A stretch of 64,000 bases of DNA from Chloroflexota bacterium (GTDB lineage: Bacteria > Chloroflexota > Limnocylindria > Limnocylindrales > CSP1-4), in the NCBI GenBank assembly GCA_034430475.1, contig DAOUEA010000055.1, positions 18,008-82,007 of the forward strand, written 5' to 3'. Made by a program: the position numbers and the translations under genes. The notes under the pieces were generated by a model. That model ran no database searches and was not told the DNA's origin. It saw nothing but the letters and a program-made list of their open reading frames with translations. Positions 56,661 through 64,000 of this stretch are shown one piece after another. How positions within the stretch are numbered: position 1 is the first letter of the stretch; each line of letters opens with the position of its first letter.

Positions 56661-59113
56661 GCGCGGATTCGAACGACCCACCCAACGGGCCTCCCGCACC
56701 CGGCGCTCCTGGACTGCCGCCGACCTGGTCGAGCAGCAACAAGGACGCGGTCGGGACGTCCCACTACTCCAGTCGGGTCTGGTTCACCATCGGCCACGGC
56801 ATCCTCAACGAGGTCTACTGGCCGCACGTGGACCGGCCGCAGATCCGCGACCTGGGCTTCATCGTGGCCGACGACGCCGGCTTCTGGAGCGAGGTCAAGC
56901 GCGACGCCGAGCACCAGGTCCACGCCGAGGCGCCGGGCGTGCCGGCAATCACCGCTGTCCACGACCATCCCCGCTACCGGCTGACGCTGCGCATCTGCGC
57001 CGACGACCACGCCGACCTTGTCCGCATCGAGGCGCGTCTGGAAGACCGGCGTGACGCTTCGAGCGCCGAGCGCAAAGCCCACCCGCTGCGCCTATACCCC
57101 TTGCTGGCGCCGCATCTCGGCTTCGCCGGCACGCACAATCGAGCCTGGACAGGCGACTACAAGGGCCGCTCCGCGCTCTGCGCCCGCAACGGTCCCTGGT
57201 CCCTGGCCCTGGTATCGGATCCAGCGCCGCTGCGCCAGAGCGTGGGCTACGTGGGAGCCTCCGACGGCTGGCAGGACTTCGCAGCCAACGGCCGCATGGC
57301 CTGGACCTTCGGCTCGACCGACGCCGGCCACGTGGCCGGCATGACCGAGCTGGACCTGGACGACGGAGTGGCCCAGATCGCGCTGGCCTTCGGGACCCGC
57401 CCGGACGAGGCCGCCCTGCAGGCCTGCGCGGCGCTCGTCGGCGAGTTCGACGCGGCCTGGGACGAGTACCTGGCCAACTGGCAGGGCTTCGTGCGGACTG
57501 TCGTGAATCCTCCCGCGAACCTCAGCCAGCCCCAGCGCGATCTCTACATGACCTCGGCGTCGGTGCTGCGCTCGCTCCAGGACCGCACCGCGCCGGGCGC
57601 GACGGTGGCCAGCCTTTCAATCCCGTGGGGCAATACCCGAAACGACCTGGGCGGCTATCACCTCGTCTGGTCGCGGGATCTCGTCGAATCGGCCGGCGCC
57701 TTTGTCGCCCTGGGCGCCCACGCCTCGGCCCGGCGGACGCTGGCCTACCTGGTCGCCTCTCAGGAGGCGGACGGTCACTGGGTTCAGAACCAATGGGTCG
57801 ACGGCGATCCCTACTGGACCGGCGTCCAGCTCGACGAGGCCGCCTACCCCATTCTGCTGGCGGACGCGTTGCGCGGCGGGGCAGGGCACATGCACGGCCG
57901 AACCGGACGGCATGCGACGGCCTTCCAGAAGCTCCTCACCCGCCGTGCCCTGGACGGCATGATCGCCAGGGCCGCCCGCTTCATCGCCCGCAGCGGGCCA
58001 GTCACAGGACAGGACCGCTGGGAGGAGAACGCGGGGCTGACGACCTCGACGCTGGCCCCGGTGGTGGCCGCGCTGGTGGCGGCCGCCGGATACCTCCCCG
58101 AGCCTTCGGCCGCGTACTGTCTGGAGCTGGCCGACGACTGGAACGCCTCCATCGAGGATTGGACCTACGCTCGCGGTACGGCCCTGGCCCGCCGGCACGG
58201 CGTCGACGGCTACTACGTGCGCATAGCCTCGCCCGAAGTCCTGGCCGGCGCCCCGCTATCCACGCCCGTGCCGGTCCGCAACAGGCCGCCCGAATCGAAC
58301 ATGGTGCGCGCCGACGAGATGGTTGGCACTGACTTCCTGGCCCTCGTCCGCTTCGGCCTTCGCCTGCCGGACGACCCCCACATCCTTTCGAGCCTGAAAG
58401 TGGCCGACGCGCTGCTTCGGACGGAAACGCCCAGCGGGCCGGTCTGGCATCGCTACGACGGCGACGGCTACGGAGAGCACGAGAACGGCGACGCGTTCGA
58501 CGGCACAGGCGTCGGCCGGGGCTGGCCGCTTCTGGTGGGCGAGCGGGGCCACTACGAGCTCGATGCCGGCAGGGACGCGAGGCCCTACCTGGAGGCCATG
58601 CGGCGCATGGCCTCGGGCGGGCAGATGCTGCCCGAGCAGGTCTGGGACGCCGACCCAATTCCCGAACGTGGCCTCTTCTCCGGCCGGCCCAGCGGCTCGG
58701 CCATGCCCCTGGCCTGGGCCCACGCCGAGTACATCAAGCTCGTGCGATCGATCGCCCTGGGCCACGCCATCGACCGTCCCCAGGCAGCCTGGCGGCGTTA
58801 CCAGGGCAAGCGGCCCAAGCGCGTGCGGGCGACATGGCGTTTCTCGGTGCCGCGCCCCTCCATGCCGGCCGGCCGAGTCCTCCGCCTCGAGCTGCTGGCC
58901 CCGGGCCGCGTGCACTACTCCACCGACGGCGGCGCCACGTGGGCCGACCTGGACGCGCGCGACACAGGTCTCGGCGTCTGGATCGCCGACCTCCCGGGCT
59001 CGGAGAAGCTGGGCTCCGGAGGCCGCGTCGTCTTCACCATCTGGTGGCCTGACTCCGGCACCTGGGAAGGCCGGGACGTCAGCGTGGAGGTGGCAGACGC
59101 GGCCGGCGCCTGA
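56657..59113 (+). CDS. GH15 glucoamylase/glucodextranase-like glycosidase
   Basis: GILNEVYWP, GYHLVWSRD, QLDE, DRWEE, PEQVWD, PLAWAHAEY; ATGA overlap with zwf. Confidence 0.9.
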   Translation: MSADSNDPPNGPPAPGAPGLPPTWSSSNKDAVGTSHYSSRVWFTIGHGILNEVYWPHVDRPQIRDLGFIVADDAGFWSEVKRDAEHQVHAEAPGVPAITAVHDHPRYRLTLRICADDHADLVRIEARLEDRRDASSAERKAHPLRLYPLLAPHLGFAGTHNRAWTGDYKGRSALCARNGPWSLALVSDPAPLRQSVGYVGASDGWQDFAANGRMAWTFGSTDAGHVAGMTELDLDDGVAQIALAFGTRPDEAALQACAALVGEFDAAWDEYLANWQGFVRTVVNPPANLSQPQRDLYMTSASVLRSLQDRTAPGATVASLSIPWGNTRNDLGGYHLVWSRDLVESAGAFVALGAHASARRTLAYLVASQEADGHWVQNQWVDGDPYWTGVQLDEAAYPILLADALRGGAGHMHGRTGRHATAFQKLLTRRALDGMIARAARFIARSGPVTGQDRWEENAGLTTSTLAPVVAALVAAAGYLPEPSAAYCLELADDWNASIEDWTYARGTALARRHGVDGYYVRIASPEVLAGAPLSTPVPVRNRPPESNMVRADEMVGTDFLALVRFGLRLPDDPHILSSLKVADALLRTETPSGPVWHRYDGDGYGEHENGDAFDGTGVGRGWPLLVGERGHYELDAGRDARPYLEAMRRMASGGQMLPEQVWDADPIPERGLFSGRPSGSAMPLAWAHAEYIKLVRSIALGHAIDRPQAAWRRYQGKRPKRVRATWRFSVPRPSMPAGRVLRLELLAPGRVHYSTDGGATWADLDARDTGLGVWIADLPGSEKLGSGGRVVFTIWWPDSGTWEGRDVSVEVADAAGA

Positions 59114-59128
59114 CCGGGCCCTTCCCCT

Positions 59129-60565
59129 TCAAGCGTTGAGCTGGCGGCCGTCGACCGCCAGCGCCGCCTCCCCCAGGACCTCCGCCAGAGAGGGATGGGG
59201 GTGAGTGGCTCCGCCCATCTCCGCGGCGGTCGCGTCCAGGCTCATGGCCACGGCCGCCTCCGCGATGAGGTCCGTGACCCCGGGCCCAAAGAGGTGAACT
59301 CCCAGCACCTCGCCCTTCTCCGCGCCGGCGATCACCTTGGCGAAGCCCTCGGTCTCGCCCGCGATCACGGCCTTGGCGACGGCCGCGAAGGGGAAGCGCC
59401 CCACCTTGACCGCGATCCCCCGCTCCTCGCACTGCTGCTCGCTCAGGCCGATCGAGCCGATGGCAGGGTGGGTGTAGGTGGCTCGCGGCTGGCGATCGTA
59501 GTCGATCGGCTGGGGCCCCTGGCCGGCGATCTCGTGGACCGCCTCCAGACCCTCGTGAGCCGCCACGTGGGCCAGCATCAGCCCCCCTACCAGATCGCCG
59601 ATGGCGTAGACGTGCGGTTCGGCCGTCCGCATCCAGCCGTCCACCTTGACGAACCCGCGCTCGAGCTCGACTTTCGTCGTCTCCAGCCCGATCTCCTCGG
59701 AGTTGGGTGCGCGGCCCGTTGCCACCAGCAGCTGCTCGACCGCCAGCTCGGCGGCTGCCCCACCCTCCGGCCCGACCGCCAGCGTCACGCCGTCGTCCGA
59801 GGCTCGCACCGCGGCCGGGTCGAAGCGGGCGTTGGTGATGACCTTGATGCCGCGCCGGACGAAGCTCTTCTCCAGGGCCGCACTGACCTCGCGGTCCTCG
59901 AGCGGCACGATCGAGGGCAGGTATTCCAGCAGGGTCACGGCTACCCCCAGATCGTGGTAGAGCGAGGCGAACTCGGAGCCGACCGCGCCCGCACCCACGA
60001 TGGCGATCGAGCGGGGCAGGTCGACCTTCGTCGTCACATCATCTGACGTCACGATGCGCCGGCCGTCGGGGACCAGGCCGGGCAGGCTCTTGACCCGGCT
60101 GCCCGTGGCGAGGATGACGTCACTGCCGTGCAGGACCTGCTCGCCACCACCACCCGGCGTCCCGTCTTCGCCGTTGAGGACCACGCGCACCGCGCCGGCG
60201 CCTTCCAGCCGGCCGCTGCCGGCCACCCAGGTCACACCGTTCTTGCCGACCAGGCCGCGCAGGCCCGTCCACATCCGCTTCACGACCTGGTCCCGCCGCG
60301 CCGCAACGGCCGGGTAGTCGAGGCTCGGCTGGCCGCCGAGGGCGATGCCGAAGTCCTTCGACCTGCGCAGGCGCGCGTACAGCTCGGCCGATTCGAGCAG
60401 GGCCTTGGTGGGGATGCAACCCACGTGCAGGCACGTGCCGCCGATCCTGCCCCGGTCCACCAGGGCCACCCTCATGCCCAGCTGGGCGGCCCGGAAGGCG
60501 GCCGAGTAGCCGCCGCTGCCTGCGCCGAGGACGATCAGGTCGAATTCGGAGGATTCGGCGGCCAT
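59129..60565 (-). CDS. lpdA: Dihydrolipoyl dehydrogenase
   Basis: GAGSGGY, GGTCLHVGCIPTK, GAGAVGSE, YAIGD, HPHPSLAE; ATG 60565 after GGAGG. Confidence 0.95.
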   Translation of the reverse strand: MAAESSEFDLIVLGAGSGGYSAAFRAAQLGMRVALVDRGRIGGTCLHVGCIPTKALLESAELYARLRRSKDFGIALGGQPSLDYPAVAARRDQVVKRMWTGLRGLVGKNGVTWVAGSGRLEGAGAVRVVLNGEDGTPGGGGEQVLHGSDVILATGSRVKSLPGLVPDGRRIVTSDDVTTKVDLPRSIAIVGAGAVGSEFASLYHDLGVAVTLLEYLPSIVPLEDREVSAALEKSFVRRGIKVITNARFDPAAVRASDDGVTLAVGPEGGAAAELAVEQLLVATGRAPNSEEIGLETTKVELERGFVKVDGWMRTAEPHVYAIGDLVGGLMLAHVAAHEGLEAVHEIAGQGPQPIDYDRQPRATYTHPAIGSIGLSEQQCEERGIAVKVGRFPFAAVAKAVIAGETEGFAKVIAGAEKGEVLGVHLFGPGVTDLIAEAAVAMSLDATAAEMGGATHPHPSLAEVLGEAALAVDGRQLNA

Positions 60566-60708
60566 GGGCGGTCGGCCTCCCGCTGCGGATGGACTTGCCG
60601 AAATCCTATGCGGCCCTCCCGGCAGCGGCAACGGGGCCACGTCGGTGGTCCTGGGTACGAGACGACGGGCATCGGCCCGGGTCGTCGGTCTGGCGATTCG
60701 ACCCGCTA

Positions 60709-61017
60709 TCAGCCGCCGCGGACGATCCTGAAACAGTCGCTGCAGTAGACGGGCTTGCCATTGGTGGGCTGGAACGGCACCTCGGTTTCGTTGCCGCAGC
60801 GGCTGCACGTCGCCGGGAACATCTGCCGGGGTCCGCGATCGTAGCCACCACCGAAGCCGTGGCCTCCTTCAGGGCGAGCCGCCTTGCGGGCGGCGCGGCA
60901 GGCACCACAGCGCTTTGGCTCGGAGAATCCACGCTGGGCGTAGAAGTCCTGCTCGTTGGCGGTGAATACGAACTGCTGGCTGCAGTCGGCGCAGACCAGG
61001 ATCTTGTCCGTGTACAC
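60709..61017 (-). CDS. Double zinc-ribbon protein (zf-trcl-like plus CxxC-x17-CxxC domain)
   Basis: CADC..F.FTANEQDFY, PKRCGACR, CSRCG..TEVPF.P, VYCSDCF; GAGGAG RBS. Confidence 0.88.
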   Translation of the reverse strand: MYTDKILVCADCSQQFVFTANEQDFYAQRGFSEPKRCGACRAARKAARPEGGHGFGGGYDRGPRQMFPATCSRCGNETEVPFQPTNGKPVYCSDCFRIVRGG

Positions 61018-61139
61018 GAGACCCGGAACTCCTCTCAGTAGCCGTTCCCTCGGTTTCCTCGCGGCTATGCGTGAGGGGCCCGGTAGTCCGCGCTACCTAT
61101 TCGCTCGCGATCCGCTCGCGAGCCTGCGGCGGGATTGTA
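61018..61139 (-). promoter_or_regulatory. TACAAT promoter and ~110-nt structured 5' leader of the zinc-ribbon gene
   Basis: -10 at 61134-61139; hairpins at 61103-61123, 61082-61097 and 61039-61067. Confidence 0.45.
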
Positions 61140-61321
61140 CGTCCGGGCATCCGCCGTGCATAGGGTTCACATGTCGGCAGGTATGCGCATCGCCCGAAAG
61201 GACTGGCCGGGGGGCATGACCGACGGATGGTGCACGAGGGTGCCCGATCGGGTTATGGTGGTCCGACCGGCGGGCCCCCGGCTCGTTCCACCACCGCTAC
61301 TCGGCCCTGGCAATCAACACG

Positions 61322-62638
61322 ATGAGACTAAGCCGGATCCTCGTTCTCGTTCTCGCGCCCGTCCTGCTCGGCGCCATCAACGCCGGCAGGGCAGACGCTG
61401 CCGACCCGGCCGCGGCCTTCACCTCGCCTGCGCCCGGCGTCGTTTCCGTGGTCCGGACCAGTTCGTTCCACGTCGCCTGGACGCTCACTTCGGGGGCGCA
61501 GGTCACATCGTCCTCGCTGGCCGTGCAGGCCTCCCGGCCGATCGGAACTGAGGGCTGCGACCCGCGCTGGGCGCCTGTCAGCGCTCGGCCCGTCAGCGGC
61601 ACTTCCTTCGACGTCCAGGGCCTGGCCCGCGATCACTGCTACCGCTTCGTGCTGATCCTGACCACGCCCGAGGGACCGCAGTCGATCGCCTCGGCGCCGG
61701 TCATCCCCACCTCGAAGGGCTGGGGGCCGAGCGTCGAGTTCACCAACCCCTACATAGACGGTGTCGTGTCGTACACGACGTCCGTTCGCGTCAGCTGGCT
61801 GGAGTGGGACGCCTTCCATTCGCCGATCGTCTCCCGGACCCTGGTCGAGCAATCGGCCCCGGCCAACGGCGAGAGCTGCTCGGGCGTGTCCTGGTCGTCC
61901 GGGACCTACGTCGCATTCACCGGCACCGCGGTCACCCGCTCCCTCGACAGGGCCCGCTGCTACCGGTACTCCCTGACCGTCCAGGATGCGGCCGGATTCC
62001 GCGGCCTGTTCACGTCGGGCGCCCTGCGCATCGCGGTCGACCTGCCGGCCTGGACCGGGACCGCCAACCTGTACCGCGAAGACGCCTATGTCACGCAGTT
62101 CAACCTGGTGCAGTGCGTGGCCGCCAGCAGCCAGATGATGCTCAACCTCACTCTCGGCCAGAGCGACACCTCATCCGCCACGCAGTCCATCTACATGGCC
62201 TACGCCGAGGCCAACGACAGCGCTTCCTACTCCGGCGGCGGCAGCAACCCCGCCGGCTGGGCAGCCGTCCTGAACCGCTACGGGGGCATGCCCTACTCGG
62301 TCGCCCGCTACATCGACAGCGGAAGCGCGATCAAGGCCGCGGCCACCCGGCTGCGGCTCACCAACCGCCCGGTCGGGCTGCTGGTCTTCAGGGGCCGCCA
62401 CGCCTGGGTTCTGAACGGGTTCGAGGCCACGGCCGACCCGGCCGTCACCAGCAACTTCGCCGTCACGGCCGTGTATGTCTCGGGCCCGCTCTACCCGCGC
62501 GATCCCAACGCCTACGGCTACGATCCGCCACCCAACACGCGGCTGACCACGTCCGAGTTCACTTCGCGCTTTTTCGGGCGCTACTACGACTCCGCCCTCA
62601 CGACCTGGAACGGCTACTGGGTCATCATCCAGCCCTAG
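61322..62638 (+). CDS. Secreted protein: two FN3-like repeats and a C39-like papain-fold peptidase domain
   Basis: Signal peptide; two repeats each with C...CYR; QCVAASSQM and GRHAWVLNG as candidate catalytic Cys and His. Confidence 0.7.
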   Translation: MRLSRILVLVLAPVLLGAINAGRADAADPAAAFTSPAPGVVSVVRTSSFHVAWTLTSGAQVTSSSLAVQASRPIGTEGCDPRWAPVSARPVSGTSFDVQGLARDHCYRFVLILTTPEGPQSIASAPVIPTSKGWGPSVEFTNPYIDGVVSYTTSVRVSWLEWDAFHSPIVSRTLVEQSAPANGESCSGVSWSSGTYVAFTGTAVTRSLDRARCYRYSLTVQDAAGFRGLFTSGALRIAVDLPAWTGTANLYREDAYVTQFNLVQCVAASSQMMLNLTLGQSDTSSATQSIYMAYAEANDSASYSGGGSNPAGWAAVLNRYGGMPYSVARYIDSGSAIKAAATRLRLTNRPVGLLVFRGRHAWVLNGFEATADPAVTSNFAVTAVYVSGPLYPRDPNAYGYDPPPNTRLTTSEFTSRFFGRYYDSALTTWNGYWVIIQP

Positions 62639-62648
62639 GCCGAAGACG

Positions 62649-63446
62649 CTAGACGCGATCGGCCTCAGGCGGGATACCGATGGGCGCAACCAGCACCCGA
62701 CCCGCCACCGCCCTGCCGCGCCGCGTCAGCAGGCCCGACTTGGGCCGGTGGAAGGTCACGCTGAGGTGAGCCCTGACCACCGGGTCCGAGAGGTCCCCGC
62801 CGGTCAAGTCGACCGCTGTCGGGCAGTCGACGGCCACGACCGGGATCCCGGCCCGGCGCGCCTTGTTGACCACCTCCACCGCCGACCGGATGGGCTCGCG
62901 CAGCGGACCGGCAGTGCCGGTCCCCAGCAGGGCATCCACCACCACGGCCGCCTTCTCGATGCTCTGGCCCAGGATGGCCACGTCCCTGGCGACCGGGGTA
63001 TGGATCCGCTCAACGCGGCTCTCCGCCTCGAGGCGGTCCCAGTTGCGGGCCGAATCCTTGCCGGCCGGCCGGCCCTCGGCCGCGACCAGCACGACGACGA
63101 CCCGCGCCCCCTGCCGCGCCAGGTGCCGTGCCGCAACGAAGCCGTCGCCGCCGTTGTTGCCCGGGCCGCACATCACCACCGCGGGCCCCTTGTCCCAGCG
63201 CTCGGTCTGTACGGCGATCGCCCTCGTCGCAGCGGCCACGGCGCAGCCGGCGTTCTCCATCAGCACGAACCCGGGCATTCCCAGAGCCTGGGCCCGGCGG
63301 TCGGCGCCCTTCATCGCCTCGGCGCCGATGGGCGAGGCGTCCATGGCTCGCGCCCAGCGCAGCCCCAGCTCGTCCAGGGTCATGCCGAAGATGGCCGGGT
63401 CGTCGGCGGGAAGCAGCTGGTCCGGGGAGGGTTGAGAGCGGGGCAC
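62649..63446 (-). CDS. nnrE: NAD(P)H-hydrate epimerase (stand-alone YjeF N-terminal domain)
   Basis: LMENAG, CGPGNNGGDG, VDALLGTG, AVDCPT, APIGIP. Confidence 0.9.
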   Translation of the reverse strand: MPRSQPSPDQLLPADDPAIFGMTLDELGLRWARAMDASPIGAEAMKGADRRAQALGMPGFVLMENAGCAVAAATRAIAVQTERWDKGPAVVMCGPGNNGGDGFVAARHLARQGARVVVVLVAAEGRPAGKDSARNWDRLEAESRVERIHTPVARDVAILGQSIEKAAVVVDALLGTGTAGPLREPIRSAVEVVNKARRAGIPVVAVDCPTAVDLTGGDLSDPVVRAHLSVTFHRPKSGLLTRRGRAVAGRVLVAPIGIPPEADRV

Positions 63447-63453
63447 GGCCGCC

Positions 63454-63999
63454 CTAGCCCGTGTTCTGGAGGCCGGCCGCGACGCCGTTCACGGTCAGCT
63501 GGACCACGGCCGCGCAGCGGGCGCGATCGGGGTGGCCGGGCGGCAGGGCCCGCAGGCGGGCCAGGAAGCGAACCTGGACGTGGGACAGCGGGTCGACGTA
63601 CGGCCGGCGGAGACGGATCGAGCGTTCCGTGATCGGCTCGTTGGCGAGCATCGACTTGTGCCCATTGACCCTGGCCAGCTCCGCGATCGTCAGCTCGTAC
63701 TCGGAGCTGATCCGAGACCAGAGGTACTCGCCCCTGGGCGAATCGTCGAGCGCGGCGAACAGACGGGCGATCTCGGGCGCGGCGCGGTAGAGGGCCATCT
63801 CGGCGTTGTCGAGCGTGCTCGAGAAGAAGGGCCAGTCGCGGTAGAGGGTGGCCAGCTTCGTCGCACCGCGAGCGCCGTGGGCCTTGCGGAAGGCCCGCAG
63901 CGCGGATCCCAGGCCGTACCAGGCCGGCAGTGAGATGCGGGCCTGTGACCAGGCGAAGACCCAGGGGATGGCCCGCAACGACTCCACGTCCGGGGCCTG
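63454..63999 (-). CDS. ppc: Phosphoenolpyruvate carboxylase, C-terminal part (5' end outside the window)
   Basis: SLRAIPWVFAWSQ, RRPYVDPLSHVQ, NGVAAGLQNTG* terminus. Confidence 0.95.
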   Translation of the reverse strand, partial: QAPDVESLRAIPWVFAWSQARISLPAWYGLGSALRAFRKAHGARGATKLATLYRDWPFFSSTLDNAEMALYRAAPEIARLFAALDDSPRGEYLWSRISSEYELTIAELARVNGHKSMLANEPITERSIRLRRPYVDPLSHVQVRFLARLRALPPGHPDRARCAAVVQLTVNGVAAGLQNTG

Positions 64000-64000
64000 G

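Overview
A GC-rich (roughly 70% by eye) bacterial chromosomal window made mostly of housekeeping and metabolic genes. The lineage is inferred from gene style only, not tested: possibly Chloroflexota or another high-GC group. Contents: two tandem GH94 phosphorylases with a DUF4380-like gene, a PAS-GGDEF cyclase, a ~1450-aa multi-GAF hybrid kinase, meaB plus a B12-binding subunit, folE, arsR-trxA, two ABC systems, gltBD, lhgO, lepB, four RDD genes, an orphan DNA methyltransferase, lipA, lpdA, gnd-zwf-GH15, nnrE, a partial ppc, and three stand-alone tRNAs (Lys-CTT, Arg-TCT, Glu-CTC). No integrase, transposase or CRISPR array was seen. The most notable unexplained signals are: (1) three tandem paralogous microproteins (60-83 aa, 14609-15380) sharing HxFQ...CxxC-x8-H and a C-terminal (D/E)SPRW(G/P)(L/F) motif; (2) a twin-hairpin element with C-rich loops after trxA, resembling a 6C-type small RNA; (3) a recurring -10 hexamer, 6 nt, start codon layout at nine genes, suggesting leaderless mRNAs; (4) several candidate operators, a structured 5' leader and other small proteins. 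Many starts were moved from the supplied ORF track using RBS or promoter evidence. All product calls come from motif recognition, without database searches.
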